In this document: piece after piece, positions 1 through 11,321 of the stretch
How positions within the stretch are numbered: position 1 is the first letter of the stretch
Layout: every line of letters starts with the position of its first letter
Assembly (NCBI RefSeq): GCF_964204645.1
Contig: NC_134031.1
Span: 10,852,088 to 10,916,087, forward strand
Length of the DNA: 64,000 bases
Source of the DNA: Tubulanus polymorphus
Taxonomy: Eukaryota; Animalia; Nemertea
Direction of reading: 5' to 3'
Notes under the pieces: model-generated
The model's input: only the letters and a program-made list of their open reading frames with translations
The model's database searches: none
What the model was told of the DNA's origin: nothing
Position numbers and translations under genes: made by a program

Positions 1-2016
1 TTCAAATAGATCAAAAGATAAAATACCAACTTATAAATTTAGAATGATAGCTAAAACATCTGAGAATTATATATCATTCCAATTTGGTTGCCTAAGATTT
101 ATAGATTCATATAGATTTTTAAATAGTTCATTAGATAACTTATCAAAATCATTAGTTGATGATGAATTAGAAATATCAAAGCAACACTACCCAAATAATG
201 ATGATTTCCAATTAATGAGATATAAAGGCGCAATTCTATATTCTTTCTATTAAAATCATAATGATTTTAACATAACTGAATTATTGAAAGAACAATTCTA
301 TGGTGAATTAAAAAATGAATATGTTAAAGATGAAGTATATAATAGAACATTGAATATTTGGAATCATTTCAAAATAGAAAATCATGGGCAATTAGTAGAT
401 TTATATTTAAAATCAGATGTATTATTATTAACCGATATATTCGAAAGGTTTAGAGATGTAAACCTAAAATATTTCAATATTGATCCTTGTCATTGTTATT
501 CAAGTCCAGGTTTAACATGGGATTGTGGATTAAAATTTACAGATATAAAAATGGATTTGTTAACAAATATAGATCAATTACTATTATTTGAAAAATCTAT
601 AAGAGGAGGAGTTTCAGGTGTATTAGGGGATAGATATTTCAATGTAAATGATAACCCTGGATATAAGTTATTATATATAGGTGCAAATAATTTGTATGGT
701 TGGGCAATGATGGAACCACAACCTTATGGAGTATTTGAATTAACTGAAGTTTTACAGAATGAAAATAATGATAAATTTGATTGGAAGAAACGAATTCTAG
801 ATATTGCAGATGATTCAGATACTGGGTACTTCTTTGTTGTAGATTTAGAATATCCCGAACATATTAAATTTAAATCTAGAAATCTAGCATACTGTCCAGA
901 ACATAAAACTGTAACTCATGAAGAATTATCAAATTACCAAAAAAGAATTAAAACCCGGCAATCATATTCATACAGAAAAGTTAATGGTAACTCAAGAAGA
1001 TAAATATAATTATATGTAGTACATTATAGAATGTTAAAGTTTTATCTAAAACAAGGAATGGTTCTAAAAAAGTACATAGATATGTTTCATTCAGTCAATC
1101 TAAGTGGTTAGAAAAATATATAGATTTTAACACCAAACAGAGAACTAAAGCTAAAACTGATTTCGAGAAAGATTTTTTCAAGTTAATGAATAATGCATTC
1201 TATGGTAAGACTTGTGAAAATATTAGAAATAGAAATGATATTGAGTTAGTTAGTAATGGTAAAAGAATTAGACATTTACAATCATATCCTAAGTTCATTG
1301 GTAACAGAATATTTGATGAAAATTTAGCTGCAGTTAAGATGAGAAGAACATCAATGAAATTTAATAAACCAATCTATGTTGGCGCTTCAGTTGTAGAATT
1401 ATCAAAATTACTAATGTATGAATTCTATTATAATGTATTACAACCACTTTTTGGAGAAAAACATATAGAAATCTTATATTTTGATACAGATTCTTACATA
1501 TCAAAGATAAAAACTGATAACACAACTGATGATTTAAATACATGAAAACATCATTTTGATTTTAGTAACTATCCTAAAAATCATGAATTGTTAAGCAATG
1601 ATAATAAAAAAGTTCCAGGGAAGTTTAAGGATGAATTAGGAGGTGAAGAAATGATAGAGTTCATTGGTATTAGATGTAAAATGTATTCATATAAAACTAA
1701 AGAACATGAAGCTAAAAAGTTAAAAGGAATAACCAAAAGTGTAGTAGAAAAGAATATTCATTTCAAAGATTACATTAATTGTATATTCAATGAAGAAGTT
1801 AGAAAACATGAGATGAGATGTTTGAGATCTGAAGATCATGAAATGTTTATTGAAGAAATTGAAAAGATAAGTCTAAACCCATTTGATGATAAAAGATATA
1901 TTTTAGATGATGGAATTCATACAGTTGCTTATGGTTGTAATTTAGATGAATACTTAAAATTTAAAAGAGAAGAAACAAAAGAGGACGAGATAATGAAAAG
2001 AATTCTAACGTGTTAA
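1..2016 (+). pseudogene. protein-primed family B DNA polymerase (pPolB), C-terminal part, several stops/frameshifts
   Basis: Motifs FIDSYRFL, YLKSDVLLLTDIFE (ExoIII), YI(G)ANNLYGWAM (motif A, D>G), KLMNNAFYGK (B), YFDTDS (C) across ORFs 44-253, 284-1003, 1186-1545, 1588-2016. Confidence 0.95.
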
Positions 2017-2045
2017 TCAAATTTTAATAAAAATATGTTATTAAA

Positions 2046-2399
2046 ATGGAGAGTAAACAAACACACAGTGAGAACAACAAATTATTTCTTGATAGAATAA
2101 AAGATACTTCAAATGTCAAATCAGTAGATAATAAATTTAAGAAGTTATAAGAATTAATAATCCATAAGAAATATCTGATTACAAATATTGATACAGTTAC
2201 TAACAAATATGGAGATAAATTAGTTATACACTTAGAATATGAAGGATTAAAAGGAAATACATATAAATTCAGAACATATTTACCAGATAGATTTCATAGA
2301 TTATCAAGTGAAGATCTAGAAGAATTATGTTCTGGTGATTTCTATTTCGTATACAAAGGTAAGAATGAAAAAGGGCACCATGAAATAGATTTCGAATAA
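2046..2399 (+). pseudogene. small conserved Polinton protein (possible OB-fold/ssDNA-binding; inference), internal stop
   Basis: Same length and sequence as intact ORF 27656-28009 but AAA>TAA near 2148. Confidence 0.75.
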
Positions 2400-2416
2400 G
2401 AAAATATGTAAAATAA

Positions 2417-3173
2417 ATGGCGGAATTGAAAGAATACAGAATATTTGTTGGTTCAAGAAAACTAACAAATTATAAATCACATAATTTATTAGTTCAATTA
2501 GATAGAGAATTCAAGAATTGTGTAGATTTAAAATTAGTAAATATAAGTTTATGTAATTCTTTTTACAATGTATCGGATAAAACTATTGAACATTGTCTTT
2601 TCAATTCATGATAGAAATAAAAGTAAATGGTTTCATCTTTATCTTAAACCAGGATTATATAATTTAGATACATTAGCGCAGGAAATTAATAGAAGAGCTC
2701 GGTTGAAAATGGGTGCATCTGCTGGATTTGGATTAAGACTGATTAAAAGTGATAGCTCCGATAAAATAAGAATAAAATTAGGTAATGAAGATCAACATCA
2801 ATTTCTAGTTAAAAAACCTTTAGCTAAAATTTTAGGAATAACCCCAGATGTAAGGATACGCAATGCTGATGCTACACCAAATATAATGCCTTTTACACAC
2901 TTTTATATTTATTGCAATTTAATCGATCCTACAAAAACATTCGAAGCAACTAAAGATATAACTTGTAATTCTGGTTTATTAAACATTTTACCATTGAAGA
3001 ATGTTAAAGAATTTGGAACGCAAATAAATTATAATTTAACAGAATGTGATTTCAAACCATGCATTCCTCGTTTTAATAATTTTAGATTAGAAATTAGAAA
3101 TCACAATGGATATTCAATTGATTTGAATAACTTTCCTGTAATTTATGAATTAGTTATAAGATGTAGAGAGTAA
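2417..3173 (+). pseudogene. minor capsid protein (penton-like, single jelly roll), frameshifted
   Basis: Overlapping ORFs 2417-2611 and 2568-3173; HFYIYCNLIDP..LLNILPL and FRLEIRNHNGYSIDLNNFPVIYELVIR typical of Polinton minor capsid proteins. Confidence 0.75.
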
Positions 3174-3190
3174 TTTTTTTCACTATATAA

Positions 3191-3736
3191 ATGAATATAA
3201 CTGTTCGACCGAGTATATGTTTTGGGTTTGATTTTAAACATGGTAAAGAAATGAGAATTAAACTAAATGATGTAATTACTGATATAAAAAGTAAATCATT
3301 TAACAATGCATCAATGATTAATAAAGAAAATTATAATATAGAAAAAGTAATTGATTTAATTAAATCACCTTTAGAATATTATGAATTAAATGAAGACGGA
3401 ATTATTGATGATATTAAAAACATATTAACCAAAATATATGATAATTATAAAAGTAGTAATGAAATAAATGTTGATTTAATCATCACTAAGATAACTAAAT
3501 ATTTTGATGATAGTAATTTTTTTGATAAATTAATGAGTGATAATAAGTGGATAATAACTGGATTACATAATGGAGCATTACTATCAGTTGGAACTGTTGG
3601 TTATTCAATGGTATTAAAAAAAGTATTTAAAATGGGAAGTGTTTATGTTGATAGATTTGATATAAATGATATCTTAAAATTAACGTTAGCAGTTACTTTA
3701 TCTAATTTAACTATTGATTATTTGGAAAAACAATAA
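3191..3736 (+). CDS. read-through fusion of two small Polinton genes (second one hydrophobic)
   Basis: Copy B separates the halves at GATAAATAAATG (29156/29157); here the site reads GATAAATTAATG, removing the stop. Confidence 0.6.
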   Translation: MNITVRPSICFGFDFKHGKEMRIKLNDVITDIKSKSFNNASMINKENYNIEKVIDLIKSPLEYYELNEDGIIDDIKNILTKIYDNYKSSNEINVDLIITKITKYFDDSNFFDKLMSDNKWIITGLHNGALLSVGTVGYSMVLKKVFKMGSVYVDRFDINDILKLTLAVTLSNLTIDYLEKQ

Positions 3737-3778
3737 TATATTCCTCCCATATAAATGCATAATTTTTTTGCTAAATAA

Positions 3779-4204
3779 ATGGCTTCTGCAATTATAACTA
3801 TTATAGGATCGGCAATTGTTAACGCTTTAGCATTTACTGGTGGTGGTTATTTATTCAAGCATATTGACAAAAATAGTTCATTAGGAGAACAAAGAAGGCA
3901 TAACTTAGCATTAGAGAAATACAATAAAGCAGCAGAAGAATATAGAGAAAAGAGGCAAAACTATATGGATTATATTAATAAAGAATTATATGATCAGAAG
4001 ATTTCACATAGAGATTTTCAATCAGTTGATGATGCAATGAGTTTATATAACGTGGTAACCAATTAAGAAAAATTACATCTATACAAACCTAAATTATCAG
4101 ATTATTATACCCCAAGTAAAGAACAACAGAAATATGAAATAATTTGGATTTTAGGGGGAACTGTTATTGTTATATTTGTTGCTTATAAGTTTACTAATAA
4201 GTAA
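3779..4204 (+). pseudogene. predicted membrane protein (hydrophobic N-terminus, coiled coil, C-terminal TM), premature stop at 4066
   Basis: MASAIITIIGSAIVNALAFTGGGYLF; frame continues to YEIIWILGGTVIVIFVAYKF; homolog at 29403. Confidence 0.7.
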
Positions 4205-4222
4205 TTTTTTTTTGTTAAATAA

Positions 4223-4737
4223 ATGGATGATAAAGTTGATAATATTGATATTATTCCTCATGATATAAATAGAATTAAAAATATATTTAGAAAAACAAAT
4301 ATTAGAATTTGAAAGTGACTTAAAGATAAAAAAGAAAAAATATTTAAAAAGTAAAATTATATATTATTTGATTATTTGAAGTGGTTCGGTTACAATTAGT
4401 TCTGTAATAACATTTCTAGCAATATTTTCACCATTAACACCTTTAGCTATATCAATTGGCGTATTAGGATTAAGTTCAAGTGTTTTAACTGGTATAAGTT
4501 CAAAATTGAATATAAAAAGTAATAAAGAAAAAATTAAAACTAATATAAAAGAAATTAATAAATTAAAGAACTGGTATTAGTTCAAAATTGAATATAAAAA
4601 GTAATAAAGAAAAAATTAAAACTAATATAAAAGAAATTAATAAATTAAAGAATACACTAGATTATATAATAAGTTTAAATGGTCATATAACAGTTGAAGA
4701 ACAAGATAAATTATTAAAAGAATTAATAAATTATTAA
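4223..4737 (+). pseudogene. predicted two-TM membrane protein, frameshifted, with ~82-bp internal tandem duplication (4489-4652)
   Basis: TAAATG start; homologous to 29846-30271 (VTISFVITFLAIFSPLTPLAISIGVLGLSSSVLTGI). Confidence 0.65.
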
Positions 4738-4753
4738 TCTTTTAATTATATAA

Positions 4754-6024
4754 ATGGCAGATAGTTTTCCAAAAGCTTTCCAATATAATAAATCAATTAA
4801 ATATAATATTCCAGCAATAGATTTTGATAAAGATATTACATATAGAAATGAAGTTTTAAATTCATTAATTGATTTATATATTTCTGTTACTGAAAGTAAT
4901 AATTTTCATGTAAAGATGGAAAATATATTTCATGTGTATACAATTAATTCTAAAAATTTAAATGAGGCAAAACAATGGTTATTAAAATCTAATATGAAGT
5001 ATTGGCAGAACTAATTAAATTTTGCTGTTTATTGTGCAACAACAGGATGTGGAATTAGTTGGAATGATCATTTAAACAAACCAAGTTTACCATTGATGTT
5101 ATCACTTTTTAGATTTCATACATATTTTCAAATAAAATTAATATTAGATGAATTAGAATGTCCTTTACCAGGTTCAAAATATTTTAAAGAATTGAATAAT
5201 AATATTAATTTTTCTAAGTTTTTTTTAAAATATGTAATGAATTTAATATTAATTCAAATAAAGATTTTAGAGCAAAAATTGGAACAATGGGTGGATTAGG
5301 AATATTATATATTAAAGAATTTGGAAAAATAATAACAAATTCAGATATAAGAACACTAAATTGGAATGAATTACCAAAATATTATAATAATATAAAACAA
5401 CAAAACAATAATGGTTGGGTTAATTTCATTTTAGAAAATAGTGAAGGTTTTACTAAAGCTGGTATACAAAGAATAAATCAATCTATTAGAACTTATTTGA
5501 TATGTATTTTAGGTGCGCAAGTTGAAACAAGATCCCCAATAATTGGAAATGATAACACTTCATTCGATGCGCAGAAACAATTCAAAGTATTATTTGAAGA
5601 TTCAATTCATAATGATAAAAATAGATCGATTCCAGAAAACATTGTAAGATATCAAAATTATTTAGATAAATCACATATTAGATTAAATTATTGTATAGGC
5701 CCTAATCTATTAATTATTTCTAATGATTTAGTATTAAAGATGGGAAACATTATTGGTTATAATAATCTAATCAAAACTGCAACAATAAATAATTCATTTG
5801 GATTAAATGATATAAATAAAAAGATTACTGCTCCAAAATTAATGGAAGGTGAAAAAATAAAAAAACACATTCAATCAACAGAAACTAAAACTAATAATAT
5901 TAAATTAAATAATGATTCTAAAATAAAAGATTACAATACATCAGAAGATATAAAAACTGATATTATTCAACATGATATAATTAAACTAAATGATGATAAT
6001 AAATCCCATGAAATGCTAAATTAG
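4754..6024 (+). pseudogene. conserved Polinton hypothetical protein with C-terminal TM anchor, broken into three ORFs
   Basis: ORFs 4754-5014, 5093-5299, 5287-6024 collinear with 30288 (B) and 50653-51685 (C); motifs QLNFAV.CATTGCGISW, FRFHTYFQI, GFTKAGIQRINQSIRTYLICILGAQ. Confidence 0.75.
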
Positions 6025-6103
6025 CGTTAACTAAATTAGCTTTTACCTTAAATTGTAATCGGAGGAATATTATATTTTAAATTTTTATTTTTTTATTATG
6101 TAA

Positions 6104-7844
6104 ATGGAAGAAGGTGGAGAAGATTTTCCATTGGGTCCTTTAGATGAACCTGGTATAAGTGATGAACAACAACCTGATTTTGATGAAGCAAGTTTAAATG
6201 ATGATAATAAAACAGTATATAACAATAATTTAGATAATGATGAAGATGATGATTTTGATGATGATGATTATGATGGAATTAATTCCGAATTACGTGAAAA
6301 ATTAATTAAATATTTAAAAGCTGCTGAAAGTGGTAGAATTTCAACTAGGACAGAAAGAAAAGAATTTATGAAACTATTAGAAAAACAACAAGAAAAATAT
6401 CCTGATAAACCTATGGAATTATATAGAATGAAATCTAGAGTAACAGATAAAATTGTTAACGAATTATTACCAAAAGTTGTAATAGATGAAATTGATTCAG
6501 AAGGTGTTGTAGAACAAATTTTAAAGATGACCCATTTTTCATGAATAATTTAGAATTTAAAATTAAATCATTAAAAATGATTCATGGTATTATAATCTTG
6601 AATTAAATAGGAATATTGTAACAATTCAATTATCTAGAATGGGTCAAGAAAATATTTTTGAACGTGGAATGCGAGCATTATCTACAATTGAAGGTTCAAA
6701 AGGTGGTAGAGAATTTCTCAGAATTATATGGAATGCACTCGATAGAATAAATAAAGAAGAACCAATTCCTAATATTGATATAAACAAATATTCACCATTT
6801 AAAAATCCAAATCCAAATCCTACTTTTGTTGATCCAGAAACTGATGAAGATTTTGCAAATCGATTAGATAAATTAAGAAATTCAACACCAGAAACATCGA
6901 GAAGAGACACTCAACAAATTGATAATGATTCAAGTCAATTACAATTAACATTAGAAAAACAAATTGATAGTTTAAGAGATTCAGAAGAACTGATGAATAG
7001 TATATCAGATACACCCGATACTGAAACTGTAATAAATCGAATACAATCTTTACTAGTAAAAGGATTACTTGATTTAACTGATGATGACTTAGAGGCATAT
7101 CCTGAACAAACACGTAGAGAAATTAAAGGTATGCAAGAATCGGCTGATAAAATTGCGAATGAAAAAAGTATAAGAGATATTGAAATTAGAAATTTAGAAA
7201 AAGAATTTACTGATAAAAATAAAGAAATAGAACAATTAAAGTCTGATCTTAATCGTCAAGTAATTGATGAAATGGAATATAGACAAAAAGAATTACGTTT
7301 AGAAAAAGAAATTAATAATTTAAAAGATAATTTAGAAGTACAAAAATGTGAAAGAGATATATTATTAAAAGAATTTGGTAATAATTTTAAAAGATTAAAA
7401 GATGTTTTTAAAAATTTGTTGATAAAACCAGATTCTAAAATATCATTGAAAGATAGAATAAAATTATTATTTAAATTAGAGGGAATAACAATTCTTTCAA
7501 TTCTAACAGCTGTAACTATGTTATTTACAACAATTGGTTTAGCAATATCAAATGCTTTAAAATCTACTCCTACTCCAAATAAACCAGATAAGCCCCCAGG
7601 TAATAATTCTATACAAGATAAAGTTAAAGATGGTTTAAAGAAATTAGCAAAATATTTATGGGAACTATCTAAAAAATCTGCTGCAGCATTGCCAGGAATT
7701 ATTGCATCAATTGTTGGTTTTATATTGAAATCTGCAGGAAACATTATTAACTTTGCTGCTGAACATATTATTTTATTTTTAATTACAGTTGTAAGTGCTA
7801 TTATTTTTGGGTTAGTAAACATGATATCAAAAAATATCAAGTAA
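6104..7844 (+). pseudogene. large acidic/coiled-coil protein with C-terminal hydrophobic helices (split into 6104-6544 and 6639-7844)
   Basis: Single TAAATG start at 6104; C-terminal GITILSILTAVTMLFTTIGLAI...LPGIIASIVGFILKSAG...IILFLITVVSAIIFGLV conserved in B and C. Confidence 0.65.
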
Positions 7845-7885
7845 ACATGATTAAAAATAAATAATTAATTTTTTTTGTTAAATAA

Positions 7886-9133
7886 ATGAGTGGGAGCTAT
7901 ATCAATCCTTCTACGAATCATAGAATATCTAATGCTATTAAAGCAGAGAGATCACATCATGTAATTACTCATAACCCTTCTAATATTAATCCCGATGAAA
8001 CTTTTTATGTTAGAATTCCGAGATTAACACAAAATACTTTTTACGTTCCAAATAGTATTTATTTATCAGCCGATATAAAAGTAATCGGTAATAATAATAA
8101 TTATGTTGTCGATAATGTTGGAAGATATTTGATTAAAAAATTAACTATAAAGATTGGTCCAGAAACAGTTTTCTCATTAGATGATTATAATCTATTCATG
8201 CATTATAAAGATTTATGGTTAACTAAAGAAAATAGAAATAATATGATATTTCAAGGAATCCAATCAGAAAACCAAAATAAATTAAGATCAGAAGCACATA
8301 ATGCAATATTAACTAATGCTGTAGATAAATTGATAAAAAGTATATATGGAAGCAAATATAAAATTCCATTAGACTTTCAATTGATAAATAACAATGCACC
8401 TTTATATAAATACGCAATTCAAGAAGACGTTATATTCGAAATAACATTTGCTCCTGTAAATGAAATTGTAATATCTAGCGTTAATAAAGATATGAGTTAT
8501 AAATTATCGAATATATGTTTAGAATATGATACAGTAACTGATGAAAATATTTCAAGTATAATTCAAACTAAATACAATCAAGGATTTTCATTATTATATG
8601 ATTATATTGATAAATTTAAAACCGTAACTATCAATGCAAATGATGAAATTATCAATGAGAATATTAACTTCCCCAGAAGATCTATTAAAGGTATATTGAT
8701 ATTTTTTACAATTGCAACATATACTAATGGCGCCATAAATGTTGATAATTATTATAATCCTGAAATAACAAAAGTAGAAATAACTATCGAAGGAATAGCA
8801 AATAAAATATTTTGTCAAGGAATGAGAATGATTGATCAATGGCCAGAAATTAGAAAACATTTTATGAATGAAAAAGTGAAATCATCTGAAAATTGTAATA
8901 TTAATCAAATTGATTATTATACCGGCAATAAATATGCATTATGGTTAGATTTTAGAACAACAGAGGATAATTCATTACATGGTTCTGGAAAAAAATTACA
9001 AAACACTAAAGATGGAATACAATTATTCATGACAAAGAATGAAGGAATCAAAAATTTCAAAATGCACATTTATATTATATCTGACGCGCAATTAAATATT
9101 GTAAATTCTCAATTAAATAGTGTTATGTATTAA
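7886..9133 (+). CDS. major capsid protein (double jelly roll, predicted), intact 415 aa
   Basis: Size, beta-rich pattern, position and high conservation across copies; THNPSNINPDET.YVRIP, YALWLDFRT, LHGSGKKL. Confidence 0.75.
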   Translation: MSGSYINPSTNHRISNAIKAERSHHVITHNPSNINPDETFYVRIPRLTQNTFYVPNSIYLSADIKVIGNNNNYVVDNVGRYLIKKLTIKIGPETVFSLDDYNLFMHYKDLWLTKENRNNMIFQGIQSENQNKLRSEAHNAILTNAVDKLIKSIYGSKYKIPLDFQLINNNAPLYKYAIQEDVIFEITFAPVNEIVISSVNKDMSYKLSNICLEYDTVTDENISSIIQTKYNQGFSLLYDYIDKFKTVTINANDEIINENINFPRRSIKGILIFFTIATYTNGAINVDNYYNPEITKVEITIEGIANKIFCQGMRMIDQWPEIRKHFMNEKVKSSENCNINQIDYYTGNKYALWLDFRTTEDNSLHGSGKKLQNTKDGIQLFMTKNEGIKNFKMHIYIISDAQLNIVNSQLNSVMY

Positions 9134-9165
9134 AATTCTAACTTCAATAAAAATTAATATAATAA

Positions 9166-10290
9166 ATGGAAGGTGGAATATATGAAATACAAACTCCAAG
9201 TGAAATGATAACAGATATATATTATATATTACCTTATGATGAATACATTAAGTATTTTGGAGATTACTTTAATCAATTCAAATATAGAATAAGTAAAATA
9301 AAAGATAATATTGAAACTAAAATAGAAAATAATATTGAAACTAAAATAGAAGATAAGAATGATATTGAATATAAAATAGAAGATAATATTGAAACTAAAA
9401 TAGAAGATGTAACAGCATCTACATCTTATAATATACCCTCTACATATGATATTGAATCAAAAAAAGATTATTATAATCCAAAATATTGTGATGTATGTAA
9501 GAAATATATATCGTATAAAAATTGGGCATCACATAAGAAATCAAAGAAACATATAGAAAAAGAAAAGAATAATAATGATAATAATATATCAGTTAGTAAT
9601 ATAAAAGATAATGTTAACCCAATTGAAACAAATGATACCATAGATAATATAACAGATAATGTAATAAATAATGTTAACCCAATTGAAACTAATGATAATG
9701 ATATAACAGATAATGAAATAATTGATGATTCTAAAAAACATTGTAACATTTGTAATTTAGATATTTCTAAAAGTAATTTTTCTAAACATAAAAAATCTAA
9801 GGGGCACATAGAAAATGAAAAAGAATTAATATGTGATTATTGTAATAAAAAAATTGAACCTGTTGATAAAATTACTCATTATAAATCAAAATTACATCTA
9901 ATTAATGTTTATAAAGATGTGGGTATGTTACCATTGTTAAATAACCCTTTAGAATATTTCAAATATTTTGATTATAATATTAACCAATATGAAATATTCT
10001 ATAATTTGTTATTACGTAAATTTTTAGATTAAGCAAACGATAATCTTGACCAAATGTATAAATTATTATATTTGAGAAGAAAAGATTCAACTTATTTGAT
10101 AATTAATTTTGGATATGATATTGATTTTTATTATTATGATTTTGATGAAAACTTTGAAAAAATAAAAATGCCTACTGATTATAGATTAATGATGGCTCGA
10201 CTAAACTCAATAAATATGCCAAAGACTTCTGATGAATTTGATATAAACAATGATGATTTTATAAATGTATTAGAAACAAAATTAGACTAA
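9166..10290 (+). pseudogene. multi-zinc-finger protein (C2H2, U1/matrin-like spacing), premature stop at 10032
   Basis: CDVC..HKKSKKH, CNIC..HKKSKGH, CDYC..HYKSKLH; 10054-10290 matches C-terminus of intact 33209-34441. Confidence 0.8.
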
Positions 10291-10693
10291 TTATTATAAA
10301 ACTATTTATATATCTATAAAAATATTTATATATCTATGCACTAGACGTATGAGTAAGAAAGTAAGAACCCAAGAATCCTTGCCAAGAAATATAAATTATA
10401 AACATGAATTATAAACATAAATTATAAACATAAATTATAAACATAAATTATAAATATAAATTATAAACATAAATTATAAACATAAATTATAAATATAAAT
10501 TATAAACATAAATTATAAACATAGTTTTAATATATAATTTTTCATTATTGTATATTTCATTTAATAATTCATATTTCTATGGACTAGACGTACGTAAGAA
10601 TCCAAGATTCTTGCCAAGAAAGTAAAAAGGTAAGAATCTTACTTTCTTACTCATACGTCTAGTATATAGAAATATAAATTAGTTTCTATAATA
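10291..10693. repeat. central inverted-repeat region between convergent gene blocks (type 1, CTAGACGTA core)
   Basis: CTAGACGTATGAGTAAGAAAGTAAGA (~10341) is the reverse complement of TCTTACTTTCTTACTCATACGTCTAG (~10637). Confidence 0.85.
10391..10522. repeat. 13-bp tandem repeat (ATAAATTATAAAC) x ~10
   Basis: Directly visible. Confidence 0.9.
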
Positions 10694-10709
10694 TTCCAAA
10701 TTATAAATT

Positions 10710-11321
10710 TTATTTTATAAATTTATATTCATATGGAAATTGTAGTCTCAGTAATTATTTTGAACCTTTATTATTCTTTAATTTATTCATATATTCATCA
10801 TGTAATTCAGTAGGTATAATTTGATTTTCTTCCAATGATTGTTGCATAGATTTTTTATCTTTGTTATAAAATAAAACTAGAAATCTTATATTCTCCCTAA
10901 AGTCTTTAACAATTGAATTATATTTTTGATTTAAAACCCATGGTGTTATCCCCAAATGTCTTCCAGAGAAAGCTAGATAACATAACTCACTTTCTCTAAC
11001 TTTTGAATCATGTAAATTTGCGCAATCATCTATAACGAATAATGTATTTGATCCTTTATAAGTATCAATTGCTATTTTTATACAATTATCTAAATTTTCT
11101 TTTACTGTTTTAGGATCTAATATAATAAACTTTTTTATCTTAACTATATCTCTATTATATCTTTTATTCATTTCATAAGTAGGGCAGAATAATATTATAT
11201 TATCAAAATGATTCTTATAAATAGTTTCTAACAAATCTAATATGAAATGTGTTTTACCACAGTTGGTTACACCAGTAACTAACATATTATGTGGTTCAAA
11301 TATAAATAAATCTTTTTTCAT
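10710..11321 (-). pseudogene. A32/FtsK-HerA family packaging ATPase, premature stop at 10755
   Basis: Walker A GVTNCGKT, Walker B LFVIDD, SGRH and WVLNQKY motifs. Confidence 0.9.

Noticed and set aside
1060-1075. Programmed frameshift in polB at the A6 run shared by A (1066) and B/D (26676)
   Set aside because: Fragment A' has the in-frame A7 version (15962-15968); homopolymer slippage or shared descent is simpler
4754-5299. Alternative genetic code (TAA read as sense)
   Set aside because: In-frame stops correspond to different sense codons in other copies (CAA, AAA, TAT, TTA) and co-occur with frameshifts, so this is ordinary decay
6644-7840. Antisense ORFs (6644-6910, 6820-7113, 7256-7840; likewise 8594, 9471, 31461, 33328, 49081, 49648, 58977, 60843)
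   Set aside because: Shadows of real genes on the opposite strand; no TAAATG start and inconsistent boundaries between copies
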